Part shown: positions 43,913 to 58,007 of the stretch, in pieces
Layout of the letters: each line of letters starts with the position of its first letter
How positions within the stretch are numbered: position 1 is the stretch's first letter
DNA from: Octopus vulgaris
Lineage: Eukaryota
DNA: 64,000 nucleotides
Reading direction: 5' to 3'
Assembly: GCA_951406725.2 (NCBI GenBank)
Contig: OX597841.1
Coordinates: 124,001 to 188,000 of the forward strand
The notes under the pieces: generated by a model
The model's database searches: none
What the model was told of the DNA's origin: nothing
The model's input: only the letters and a program-made list of their open reading frames with translations
Made by a program: the position numbers and the translations under genes

Positions 43913-43950
43913 GTTATTATTGTTGTTGTTGTTCTTGTTGTTGTTATTAT
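42985..43950. repeat. Two compound (TTC)n-(TAT)n trinucleotide tracts
   Basis: Seen directly at about 42995-43362 and 43730-43950. These produce the poly-I/R/L pseudo-ORFs in the track. Confidence 0.95.
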
Positions 43951-43958
43951 CATTTCAG

Positions 43959-44137
43959 ATAGCCGATGGATTAAAACATATGCCCTATCTATGGGAGCTG
44001 GTTCAAAAATCTATGAGTCATTGTGGGCTGTAGGAAGTCCATCAACTTGGAATGTAGACAAATGCAATGGTATCTACTGTCCGAACTTTTCCCGACATCC
44101 CCTTCTTGATCTCTGGGAGCATCTTCCAATTGATGAG
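43959..44137 (+). CDS. Paralog B, coding exon 2
   Basis: catttcag acceptor and GAG|gtatgt donor. Reads SRWIKTYALSMGAGSKIYESLWAVGSPSTWNVDKCNGIYCPNFSRHPLLDLWEHLPIDE. Confidence 0.9.
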
Positions 44138-45750
44138 GTATGTCAGCACTTACACACACACACACCGACAAACTCACAGACCCTCACATACACACACAAA
44201 CAAACTCACTCACACCAAAAACGATTCCTTCACACACACATTATCATAATAATAACCATAAAGCTAATCTATCTTTTGGATCACTTCACATATATTTCAG
44301 ACATATTTTAACCGTAAAATCGGCGGTTTTCACTGCGATTTACGGTGGAGAAAATTCTCGTTTAGGCAGCAGTTGTTAACACACCTACAACCATTTCAAA
44401 GAGCTCCCATGGACAGATGTATGCATTCCAAGCACACTTGCTATCGTCAGCATCAGATTCCAAGCGGGACAATCCTCGAATGACTTTTGAAAGTCATCTT
44501 TCTCATAGAAAATCAATAGATATTGACTAGTGTTCACGTGCAACGGCTGTCATGCATGAAAGAATTATAGCTCAGACACAAGAAAGAGTGTTGTGATGAA
44601 TTTTATCCGCGACAGCCACAGTAGTAAGAATATTTATCATAGACAAAAGGCTCTCCTTTCTGGGAGTAACTAGTGAATGGGAAACAAAATCGATGAAATC
44701 AACTTATGATCCATGGCTTACGATACATGACTGGTAAAAGTTTTATTGTATTCGGCAGAAAGTAAAGCATGTGGACCCTGGTGAGACTTGAATTCGAAAT
44801 TGAATTAGTTTGTCATTCTTCTTGTGAGATGGCAAGACTGAATAACAAACAAATCCTTGAGGGAAGAGGTGAGCCAGGAACCTATTGGAACTCAGATCAA
44901 CAGCATTAAATGAGTTTAGCCACAAACCTCTTTGCAAGGTAAGCCGTCTGATGTATATCCCAAGGGAGACACAAGTGTGAAGATCAAAAACAATATGAAT
45001 AAGTTTAGAAGGGACTGAAAAACTGGCTGACAGTTGCACTTGGGAACAACTGAAATACATCGCCAAATTTTGAGACTGATTGGGATCTGTTGTTGTCACA
45101 CTATACTCTATATGGAGATAAGGGATTTAAGAGGACATATCGTCTGGCGTTTTGACCTGTACACCTAACTACTAATCTGAACGTTTCAATGGCTTCTCTG
45201 AAGGTTACACATTTTTCGGAAAGTATAGATTCATTGATTCAACCAACAGTATTTAACAGACAAGGATTTATCCAGCAATCCTCAACACACGAATATTCAT
45301 AGTACATGGAGCTTTACCGTCTGCCTGTTTCAGTCACTGGACAGTAGCCATGTTAATACACCTCCTTGAAAGATTTTAATAGGGCAAATCCTGTGGTATG
45401 TATTCTGTCGAGATATTTTGCCGAACCGCTAAGTTACTGGGGCATAAACACAACATCATTTGTGAAGTAGTAGAAGTGACACAGGCAGACATATACACAG
45501 AAGCAAAGACATGAATACAAGCTATAAACACACGGAAATACAAATAAATGTCTCCCAAATTTACCCACAATGCATTGGTTGACCAACATCTATGACAGAA
45601 GGTGCCACGCACTGAGATTCCTAAAACGAAAAGAAGAATATCAACAAATAAATGAATAATCAGAAAATGCAAACTCTCAGTGGCATTTTGGTCACCTTAT
45701 ACTTATATGTGTGTGTGTGTGTCTGTTATATATTTACTCTTACTTTTCAG

Positions 45751-45914
45751 GTGAAACTGGTCATTTATAAAAACCAAACAGCTGTGGTGACTTTGATTTT
45801 TGATGGACGAAATTCAACAATGGACAACTGGTTCCTTCATAAGAACTTGAAAAGTTCTCCATGGAATGACCTATCTTCAACTCCAATTTTTTTCGGACAA
45901 GGAGTAGCAAGTAG
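45751..45914 (+). CDS. Paralog B, coding exon 3
   Basis: cttttcag acceptor and AG|gtatgt donor. Reads VKLVIYKNQTAVVTLIFDGRNSTMDNWFLHKNLKSSPWNDLSSTPIFFGQGVAS. Confidence 0.9.
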
Positions 45915-46474
45915 GTATGTTATAAATATTTTTTCTGTTTCACTATGTGGAGACGTATTGTACTATTGAGCTAAAAGCACTTTTCTTCTGCTACTAATAC
46001 AAATCTGTTTTTTAAACTCTATATATTTATTCACGATATTTTCTTGATCTCGTTGTGAATAAAACTTCAGTCTGACAAAAGGATTCTATAGACGGCCGTT
46101 GAAGCTGTCAATGCAGATTCTAATAGAGTGGTATAGACGTCTATATATCATACCTAACGTAGACACACTCCCGATAAGCCAGTTACTGCAATATTTGCCC
46201 TGAGACAACTTCTTTTTCTCTCGTTGTCCGCTGCTGGAACGAATTTTATTATTCTAAACAAAGCAAATACATAGGAGATGTTTCCTCAGAGATTATACTA
46301 CGAAAGTAACTAGTTTATACACAGTGTGTCTATATTTTAAATATGATACACAAATGGCTATTTTAATTAAATACAGACTAATTCAAATGTTTGCATGGAA
46401 CACAATGTTATATTTATTAAATGCTTATATTTTCTCATTCTGAAACCTAAACAAGTATTTTTCCAACTCTGCAG

Positions 46475-46632
46475 TGCATATCGATTCAGTATATCGAATG
46501 AGGGTAATTGTGAAACGTCTAGTGGCTGGCTACAAATAATTGAATTTGAACTACACTGTACATATGCGCAACTGGTTCGTTTTCCTGCAATTCAATATTC
46601 TGATGCAAGCTCGAGAGTCATCTGGTACGACG
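46475..46632 (+). CDS. Paralog B, coding exon 4
   Basis: ctctgcag acceptor and G|gtaagt donor. Reads AYRFSISNEGNCETSSGWLQIIEFELHCTYAQLVRFPAIQYSDASSRVIWYD. Confidence 0.88.
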
Positions 46633-46685
46633 GTAAGTGATGTTTTCAATTTGTGAGTTTGTGTATGTCTCTTTGTCGCTCTCTC

Positions 46686-46738
<53 letters not shown>

Positions 46739-46977
46739 TGTTAATGTGAGTAGTAATTGCAGAAGTTATCTTTGTACTTATTGTTCAGCAGCCAATCAGC
46801 CTTGATTCAACTAATTTACGATCAAAGGCGTTCTGACCGTGACCGACCCGTATGTTTCCCATTACACTTTATGGAGATTTGGCTGCCATTTCTATTAATA
46901 CGAGCGACCGCGTAAGAAGACTTTCCACGATTTATTTCAATTCCTTTGGTTATTGATGTTGTTATTGTTACTTGCAG

Positions 46978-47027
46978 GTTTTGGAATAGCAGACTCCATG
47001 GCCATATTCATCAGCCTGAAGCCGTAG
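46978..47027 (+). CDS. Paralog B, terminal coding exon 5
   Basis: cttgcag acceptor. Reads GFGIADSMAIFISLKP-stop. The spliced CDS is 298+179+164+158+50 = 849 nt with no internal stop. Confidence 0.88.
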
Positions 47028-47355
47028 AAATAACCCAGTACATGATATCCATTGATACTATTGTTGTTGTTGTTTTTGTTCACATTCACCCAATCTAGCT
47101 GACCACCACTAGTGATGCACACACGCCATGTATTATCACTTTGAAGTTGGGATTCTCTTTGTCTCTTTCCAGCCGTTGTTGTTGTTCACGTTCACCCAAT
47201 CTAGCTGACCACCACTAGTGATGCACACACGTCAAATATTACCTATTAATAAAGAATCCATATAAATAATATATCCAACATCGGTCTTTGAAGTTTTGAT
47301 TCTCTTTCTCTCTTTCCAGCTGTTGTTGTTATTGTTCCATTTCCTATTTGACCAC

Positions 47356-47411
<56 letters not shown>

Positions 47412-47597
47412 GTGTACGAGCGTGTTTATATGTGTATATATACAAATTGGCGGAAATGCCAAACAATTAGCGTGAGTGGTCAACATCGCATTTGTGATGT
47501 ATGTATTCGCACTAGTATGTATTCGGCTTGAAAATTTGTAAGGTGTTGCGATTTTTTAAAATATGAAGCAAATAGTTGACTTAATACATGAAATGAT

Positions 47598-47663
<66 letters not shown>

Positions 47664-47718
47664 TTATATATGTATATACATATATATATTTATATATGTA
47701 TTTATATATATATATATA

Positions 47719-47750
<32 letters not shown>

Positions 47751-47763
47751 GTATGTATATATA

Positions 47764-47831
<68 letters not shown>

Positions 47832-47897
47832 AAATATATGTATATATATATATATAAATATATATACGTATGTATGTATGTATATATATGCATATAT

Positions 47898-47957
<60 letters not shown>

Positions 47958-48199
47958 CTATACATATAATATATGTATTATATATATAGTATGCACAGTT
48001 GTATACATACATTACAGACGATATAACCCATCGTTTTGTCACTAAGGGTTCAATGGAATGTTAGGTAAGAGTCCGATCTATTATGTAACACTGCACACTT
48101 CAGAGGTGGCAGTTACAGAATGAAATATGGCGATCATTCATGGTGGTTATAAAGTTTCCACTCACTTCCGTTGTTGATAGCAGTGTTTAGAAGTAAAGT

Positions 48200-48580
48200 G
48201 TCTTGAGTGTGGTTGTCCCAAGAAGAAGAAAGGCTGTCAGCGGTGCAGAATCTATTTGGTTGTGTCTAGGAAGTCATTTGAAAAACGTCATTACAGGTGA
48301 AGACCTTGTGCCTGTTGCTATGACACCGGAACCAAGGTCTTCGTAGTGGGAGGCCCAAAAGATTTGAAGATGTCGAGAAAATCCTAGAGAATGCGACGAG
48401 GTAGATGCTCGCTATCCGCAGAAATGAGTTCCAGGGATGTTCCTGACGACTGAAACGATGCTTCATAAATTGTGTTGCTTCAGAAGAGAAATACTTCGAA
48501 GGAGATGAAATCCTGAATTCCTGTGTTTTGTAGTTTCCTCTTTATAGCAGCTGTCCCGATACGGTTTTAAGCTACTGGTT
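48200..48580 (+). mobile_element. Possible mariner 3' remnant
   Basis: CVASEEKYFEGD resembles the mariner C-terminal C....G.YFEG motif. A TIR-like gtcccgatac follows. Confidence 0.45.
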
Positions 48581-48992
48581 CAAATCTTCCCGACCCACAG
48601 GCGCTGGAAGTACCCCGTAATCGGAATATTCCAACAGATGGCCATCCATGATCGTCATCAAATAACAAAATGAAAAAGAATGAAAAATGGTCTAGGGAAA
48701 CTAATAAAGAAGTCCCATGCCATATATTTCCCCACCAATAAATCTAATACTGTACAAACCTACTGAAACTGGAGATGGAAACACATAGAAGTAAGACCCT
48801 ACATAGACAGTAACAAACTTGCCAACGCAAGAAGAAACATTCTGAAAAAAATTTCTAACTGAAGTAGAGATTGACCAAATTAAACAAGCAGTAATGTATA
48901 AGAACGAAACTGCTATATATATATATACCCGTATCTATAAACATAAATATATATACGTAGAGGTATATATACATATATAGACACATATATGA

Positions 48993-49044
<52 letters not shown>

Positions 49045-49833
49045 TTATTTATATGTATATATGTATATATATATATATGAGAGCTTATGTGTGTATGTGT
49101 GTGTGTGTGTGTGGACGTTCACACACAAATAATTTAATCTTCTGTAATTGGTGGGATCAACAAACAGTATCTTCCATCCAGTGAAAGGTTAATATCATTT
49201 AACAAACACAATATTTAATTACCAGCTATAATCACTCTCGTGCTATGAAAATACAATAAACGAGCAAGCTTATATATCAAATTTTCAACGTGGCTGGTCA
49301 GTTTTGGAAAACACCACGGTAAAGAGTGAGAGGCAAATAAATGCATATAGTGGAATGAGAGAAAGAAAAAGGTGGAATTGGAAGAAAAGAAATGTAAAAG
49401 AAATAAACGAAAGAAGTTCTTTTGCCGTTCAAAGAAGTATTAATGTGGACGGTGTTCGAATGAGAGCACGGTTGGCGTAGAGTGATACAACGGGGAGGAG
49501 ATCAAAATCTATGAGACTGAATGCTTAATCCGGAGAGGATGCTGTTCACCAGCTCAACGGTGGAAATTTGTCCTTATGTTTATATTTGATATAAATTTCA
49601 GATCAAGAATTTAGTCGACCTGTGGAAGTTTCACATCTATAAAGAATATGAGATCTTTCTGCTTCACAAAATGTATACAACTGTTGATTTGTTTTTCATT
49701 TCACATTTTGCTCTTACTTTCCTCTCGTCCGTCCAGGAGATTTCTCAAAGACCTGCGTCCTTTCTCGTGTATCTAAATGAGCAGTAATCTCGTATACTGG
49801 AGACAGAGTGACAGCTTGGGAGCACAATGCATG

Positions 49834-49864
<31 letters not shown>

Positions 49865-50634
49865 TGTATGTATGTATGTATGTATGTATGTATGCATGTA
49901 TGTGTGCTTGTATGTATGTATGTATGTATGTATGTATGTATGTATGTGAGTGTGTGTGTACGTGGGTGTGTATGTGTGTGTATCATGCTCAAAACGCTTT
50001 GAATACTGTAAAGTCTCTGAGACTCGTCATAAGTAGTTACAAGAGAAACTAGGAACCTATGACCACCTGGGGGTTACACAGCAGGCGTCCTGACAACGAC
50101 GGCACGTTGGATTTCGTACTAAAACTGATGAAGAGGGCCTTATGCACATTTCAAACGGCTATTTAGAGCTTTTGGGGACTAGTGAAACCTTAGCTTGAAA
50201 GGGTTGCTGTTGGAAGTCTATGTGTGTGTTAGCAGGATTCGGATCTTAGCCATGTCTTTGGAAAGTCTCAGAAGTGGTTGTCAGAAAATTTCTACCACAT
50301 CATCAGCCCCCACTCCTGGCCTCTTAATTCCCCTACTTCTAACTGAGATTTTCCTAGGTTCACAGTGATGATCGCACGAACCAAGCTCCGGAGACGTCTC
50401 CAGACCGTAGTGGAAGCTGACGCTGAGCAATTTAAGGAAACTGTCATCTCACAGTCATAATTTATTTGATAGATTTTGATTTTTAAAAGATAATTATATT
50501 TTGAGATGGAATTCTGTGTTTAGTTTATTTTTTGGCAATTGTCAAGTTCAGGCCGGACATTTTGGGTGTGTGTATGTGTGTATACACACATACACACATT
50601 TGCACACACATATACATACGCACAAACATACACA

Positions 50635-50695
<61 letters not shown>

Positions 50696-50977
50696 GTATA
50701 TATATATATATAAATAATATATAAATATGTCCGCATATACATATATATTTGTACACACCTACATATATATGTATACATACATGCATAAATGGGTATAGGA
50801 CATCCCCCCCCCCAAATAGGTTTAACTCAATGACACACGATAACATAGAAAACGAACTTTTTTCGAACAACGAAATAACAGAGAAACGAATATTCGACTC
50901 CATCAGTTTTCCCTGATATATATATATATATATATGAATAAAAAATGGAGTTAACGCAGGTGTAAACAAATATTTTT

Positions 50978-51063
50978 ACTTTCGACACATGTTTCGAAAA
51001 TTCCACTGATACTATTCAAAAGAATAAATGGTATAAACAATGCAATCTTCTCTTCGGGAAAGT
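50978..51063 (-). ncRNA. Type-I hammerhead motif with U4C core variant
   Basis: Minus strand reads ACTTTC-CCGAAGA-GAAGATT...AATTTTC-GAA-ACATGTGT-C-GAAAGT, with a GUC triplet. Confidence 0.7.
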
Positions 51064-51332
51064 GAAAAAAACGAAACTCGTCAATATGACATTTTAGCAA
51101 AAAATGATGGATTTGAATAGCGATAGACAGAACGCTATTAATATTGTTTAAAAAAACGTTATATGATATAACGTCATAAGTAGCTAACAGAAAGAGTAGG
51201 GATATTAATAGTGAATGTTAAATATAAATATATATATGTATATATATATATATATAAATAATATATAAATATATCCGTATATACATATATATTTGTACAC
51301 ACCCACATATATATGTATACATATATATATGT

Positions 51333-51495
<163 letters not shown>

Positions 51496-51553
51496 GTATA
51501 TAAATATCTATATCTATATATATCTATCTATCCATCTCTCTTCTCTCTCTCTC

Positions 51554-51651
<98 letters not shown>

Positions 51652-53164
51652 TATATGTATATATAAATGTATATATAAATGTATATATAAATGTTTTTGT
51701 TGTAATATAGATTTGTTTCTATACTGAATTTTGTTGTCTTTTCGTTGGCATAGGAAACACAACTCTGGTGAGTAATGGAAAACATTAAATATACCAGAAA
51801 ATTATTTGGAAAATGACAAGATTAAAATGAAGCCACGAGCGGGTATGGATTTTGTAGACATGTTGCTCAGATTTAAGAAACTCATCGCTTAAAAGCTAGA
51901 ATATATGTTGTACAATTTTTAATAGTGAACTGTATTTAATAGTATGTCGGTACGCGAGTAAAGTATGAAAGCAATAATGAGAACTGAAAATGTTGGAGTA
52001 AATATTCAGTTAAATAAATTAATTTAGTTCAAGTTGACAATATTACATATAAGAGGTTCATATTTATATATCGACTGACAGACACCAGAGTAGGTTGGTT
52101 GGTTGAATTAAATCTTATATTGATTATCATCAACATGACTGGCTTTCAGATTTAGAAATTCATGTTTCGGCGGCAGAAAATAATTCAATGTTTAGATCGA
52201 TAAATTTCGATGAAACTCAACAATCAGGAGAATCAGTGTTGTCATAAGTTCAAACCATGGTTGCATTTATTGAAACAGAAATCGATTGAAAAACAACATA
52301 AAAATGTAACATTAATTATTTATGTGGCAGTAATTATATATTAAGGCCAGCGTAGTACAAGGGACTACGAAGAAGGAAAAGGAGGGGGCCCACATATTAA
52401 AAAGAAAATTGTTTCTGAAGGACTTTTTCCAATAGAACCCTAATATGCGATTAGTTTCCATCCTTGGTATACACTCAATCGTAATTCGGTCAGTCAAGGA
52501 TGCCCAATCTCATCCCTTCTCGACATACTAGCACTCGAGCCATTACTGCGGCAGCGGAGGGTGTGGAGGGGCATTCTGCGTGAATTTGGATATGGAAGGT
52601 TCGTGTCGGCGTACGCGGGTGAATTCACCGTGATAGTGTCGGACACCTCGCAAATTGAGACGCTCACACCCGAAATATATAAATATCTTGCTATGGAAAT
52701 AGTGAAAAATTTGTTTGCCCTGAATGGACCATAAGCAAAACTTGACTTAAACAGGATTCAAATAATCCTATCAGGTGGTGCTATTAAGTTAGACATGGCC
52801 TGGACAAATCATTGGTCGAAACATACCTAAGTTTATCTAAGTATATATATCACCGTCACCGTGACCGACCAGGCTATCAGAAGTTGCTACACATCGCTGG
52901 TCACAATGCGCTTCGCATTGTTTTAGCCTTTGAATGACGCCACCCCGCTGGCTAAGCGAGCAGGCCAACAGAAGAAAGAGTGAGAGAAAGTTATGGCGGA
53001 AGAGTAAAGCAGAGGTCACCACCATCTTCTGCCGGACCTCGTGGAGCTTTAGTTGTTTTTCGCTCAATAAACACTCTCAACGCCCGGTCTGGGAATCGAA
53101 ACCGCGATCCTACGACCGCGAGTTCGCTACCCTAACAACTGGGCTATTAAGCCTCCACAAGTAA

Positions 53165-53339
<175 letters not shown>

Positions 53340-53469
53340 AGAAGCTTCTACAGGACTAGAACTGTTTCATTCAAGAGAAATATTCAGGAAGCTTCAGTTC
53401 TAGTCCTGTAGAAGCTCCTTCTATATAATAAATTAATTTTACTGTGGTTAACCCCGAATCAATCCGGGA

Positions 53470-53527
<58 letters not shown>

Positions 53528-53550
53528 GTATATATATATATATTTATATA

Positions 53551-56028
53551 TTACGGAGATGTACACGCCTAGCAAGTAATTTGATCTGAGATCGTGTGCT
53601 GAAACGAAAACAATTGCAGCGTGCAAGGTGTTTATAAGCCATTTGAGAAACACACAAAAGCCGTTCGATTCACTTCAACATTTAAGTTTAACTTGTCAAA
53701 ATATTTTCGTCGCTAAAATCCGCGACCTGTTCACTGACAAAGTCCGTGCTGCATCTAAGAAAGTAACAGTTAGTTCGTCATATATATGTACGTATGTATG
53801 TGTGTATGTATGCATACATGTGTGTATGTACGTACGTATGCATGTACGCACATACGCCTGTGTATGTATGTATGTATGTATGTATGTATGTATGTATGTA
53901 TGTATGTATGTGTGTGGATATGCACGCACATACACTCTATAAAACATAAAGCTATAAACCTGTTGCGATGGATGGATGTAGAGTGACCACTTATCACAAA
54001 GCTATCAAATTTCAACTTCCTACGGCCGAAGCTAGAAAGTGATTTATGACACTTACTCCCAAAACTATACCCTAAAATCTATTATCAAATTTTTATCTCT
54101 ATATCACAGAACTATTGTTTTACTATTGTGCGTATGTATGTATGTATGTATGTATGTATATATGTATGTGCGTATGTATGTATGTATGTATGTATGTATG
54201 TATGTATGTTTGTATGTATGTGTGTATGTACATACGTACGCATGTGCGTATGTATGTATACGCGCTCGTGTGCATGTGCCCATGTATGTGTGTGCGTACA
54301 TGTACGTGCGTATGTACGTGTGTATGCCCATACGTAGGTATGTATGTATGTTTGTATTCATGTGCTACGTATGTATGTGAGTGTCTAGGAGAATGGGCAG
54401 ATGTGTCTGTGAGAGTGTGTACATGTGTATGTGTATGTGAACGTATGTCCGTGTACTGGCATGTGTCCGTCCAAGTTGTGTACATGACTGTTACTTTGCT
54501 GAAGGCTGTATACATATTTACATATATGTTTGTATAGACGCACACACACATATATATATGTGTGTGGGTGTGTGTTTGTTCCTCTCATCATCGTCTAACC
54601 GTGAATGGATACAACGCCTAGGTGCAACTGTTCGTATCAAACAACGTCTGCTCATACCGTTGTATATAACTGCACATACGCGTTGCAATCCGTATGTAAG
54701 GACTACAGGTAAAAGGGAGAGAGAGAGAGAGAGGGGTGGTTATAGAATAGTCCTTCTGAATGGGATCTGGATGTTATTCCATTCGGACTTTCGGTTTAGA
54801 GTAGGTTTGTATTCTTGTATACAAACAGCTTCTGTGACCTGTCTCAACATTGCATCGGTGGGGTGTGTTGATAGGATGTTCAACTTAAGCTCCCCTAAGG
54901 ATCCCTTGTGGCAGTCTACAGCATGTTGGTAGAAGATGGAGTTTGGCTTCTTTTCAATGTAGTTGTCCAGGTGTTCTTTGAACCTATCATTGATGCTTCT
55001 AGAGGTCTCACCTATGTATGACTCTGGGTTAGTCGCGCAAGCTCCCTCCTAGCACTTAATCTGGTATACAGTGCCCTTGGTTTTACAATTTACATGTGGA
55101 TTTGTCGAACATACTGCACAATTACTTTGACAGGTGATTCTATCAAATGGATATGATCTGCATAATGCCGATTTGATAGTCCTACCTGTCTTTTCTACAA
55201 CTTTAACTTTTAGGCCCGTAGTGCGCAGGACTTTCTTGAATGCCTTACTTAGCTCGTTCTTAGGTGTGGCGTCAACGAACATCACTCCGTGAAATCTCCT
55301 GTTATCGTACCAAGTAACGTTTCTCATCTTTTTGTTGGTGTCCCTCTCTAACCTATTCCAGAACTTGTTGCGGTACAGGGGGCATATACCGTTTTCGTCG
55401 TTCCTTAGAATGCGTTCGAATCTAGCTTTCGCTCCTTTGTACACCCTGACTCTATCGTCTTGTGTGTATCCGGAGCGTTGCATTCGGAATATGTAGTGCT
55501 GGATGTGTTGTTGTCGTTCTTGTGGTTGGCATAGTGGTGATACATTCCTCATTACTCTAACTAAGTCTGCCACTAGGATGTTGAGTTTGGCAGTATCCGA
55601 CATAGCTGAGTCACTACGGATTACTAGTGGATTAGCCATCGGTTTCTGATAGTGTGAGTGGAGTATACATGGTTTAATGGTACCATTAACCATAGCATCT
55701 TCCATCCATAGCTCAGTATCTAGAACGGGTAATCGTTTACTGGGGTGTTTAGAGGGGTAGTCTATGGTAAGTTTTATACTGCTGTGGATAGAGTCAGCTA
55801 TGTGTTGTATAGATGAATACCTGTCGCGCAATAACCTTCTACATGCTTGTCCCACCCGTAACAAACGCGGTAGACCACCTACCATTACCTCAGATTACAG
55901 GAAGACTCACTGTGAGCGCTGGCAGGGATGGACAAAGCCGGACTACCCACCCTCAGGTGCACACGATATTAGAACCACCATCGCACATGCTATCGGTGTC
56001 AGCCTGAGATTTACGCTAAAAACACATT
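53551..56028 (-). mobile_element. Second Penelope-like copy, 5'-truncated with an inverted internal fragment
   Basis: 53551-55815 matches 22211-24448. 55813-56028 is an inverted copy of about 24690-24905. It carries its own nonsense codon at 55049-55051. Confidence 0.92.
53692..53741 (-). ncRNA. G3-C8 hammerhead motif, copy 3
   Basis: Stem II is intact. The terminal stem I pair becomes U-G. Confidence 0.65.
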
Positions 56029-57439
56029 CAAGAGAATGGGATACTTAAACATAAAGGTTAGGTCGGCGATAGCGCAATCGTAGACAAGAATACATAAGAA
56101 AAAATCCCTACTCACGTATTGTGAATCACAATCCATTTGTTGCTTTTTGTTTATATATATATACAGGGTGTCCCGAATTTAAGCAAACGAGGTTTCGGGC
56201 TTTAATAACTATCAATAAATGTGATAAGATATGAAAATTATACATCATTATAAAAACTCTGTGTGTTTTCTTTTTATTTGAGACTAAATAAATTTCGTGT
56301 CATAAATTACATCATGGCTAGAGACCGAAATATAATCGTAACCCTCCACAAAGGAGGCTATAGAAAAAAACATAAAATTAACCGAAGAATAGTTTGGAAA
56401 ATTGTAAATGAACTTCAAGAGAGTTGTGGCATCGACGATCGACTTAGACGTCGCCGAAAAAGAAGTTGGCCTACCCTTCAGCTGATCAGTTGTACCAGAT
56501 GAAGGACACGGCGAAATTCTCGTCGTTCTGTCTGAAAAATTGCTACCACAGCAAAAACAAGCGGAGCAGCGATGTATCGAGTGCTGAAGGTGGATCTCAT
56601 GACCCACCCTAGGAGATTATCCGACATCTGGAGATCACGCAATTTTACAAGACCCCCACAAACTGGAGAGCAATCGTCTTATCATGCGTCATATTGCTGA
56701 AGGCACGCTTGCGGATGAAAAGATACTTGGCATCGAACTGACAGTAAACTACCAGAAGGATCAACGTTCGAGGGTATCTGGCTCTGTCATTATTAGACTC
56801 TTAAATCGACGTCCAAATCCACTGTCACTTGAGGTTTGGACTGTTGTGACAGCTACTGGAAGGACTCCTCTCGTTTTTGTGACCTCGGATGTTGAAACGA
56901 TTTCCCAGCAATACATTTGCGACATTCAGGTAGCTGAACCGTTTCTATGGGGTGATGAGAACTTTCAAGGGGCACCTTCGAGACTCCAGCCGGAATCACC
57001 ACATTCCCACAGCTCCAAGCAGACACATCTCCCGATTCAGAAAGCATTCAATCTTTCATAAGCAAGGATGTATGAACCTCAAAACGCTCCGACGCCCACT
57101 CGTTGGAGTTTTTCTGTTTGGTCCATTTTGGATCCGAGGCTCTCGAGCAGTTCTCATGCTTCTCTCGGCAAATTGAAAGCAAATCTGCGCCAGGAATGGG
57201 CTCGATTAAACAAAAACCGCTGCTAGCTGCGTGTGAAGCATTCACACCTAGACTTAAGGTTGTGATTCGAATGAATGTTGTCATACCGTAAATATGTTTC
57301 ATTTTCCATTGCATTGCAACGCTCAGTCCCGAAATATATCAATATCTTGCTATGGAAATAGTGAAAAATTTGCAATTTAAAAGATGTTTATAAACATCTT
57401 TTAAATTTCATTTTCAAAACTTCTTTCGTATATATATAC

Positions 57440-57479
<40 letters not shown>

Positions 57480-57499
57480 CTGTGTATATATACACACAC

Positions 57500-57531
<32 letters not shown>

Positions 57532-57621
57532 ATATATATATATACCCGTATCTATAAACATAAATATATATGCACAGATGTATATATACATAAATTTAAG
57601 GTTGTGATTCGAATGAATGTT

Positions 57622-57787
57622 GTCATAGCGTAAATATGTTTCATTTTCCATTGCATTTCAACGCTCACTCCCGAAATATATCAATATTTTGCTATGGAAA
57701 TAGTGAAAAATTTGCAATTTAAAAGATGTTTATAAACATCTTTTAAATTTCATTTTCAAAACTTCTTTCGAATATATATATATACAT

Positions 57788-57841
<54 letters not shown>

Positions 57842-58007
57842 ATGTATATATATATATTCGAAAGAAGTTTTGAAAATGAAATTTAAAAGATGTTTATAAA
57901 CATCTTTTAAATTGCAAATTTTTCACTATTTCCATAGCAAAATATTGATATATTTCGGGAGTGAGCGTTGAAATGCAATGGAAAATGAAACATATTTACG
58001 CTATGAC
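57622..58007. repeat. 386-bp spacerless palindrome centred on (TA)n
   Basis: gtcatag at 57622 pairs with ctatgac ending at 58007. C57799 pairs with G57830. The arms looked perfectly complementary on manual reading. Confidence 0.9.
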
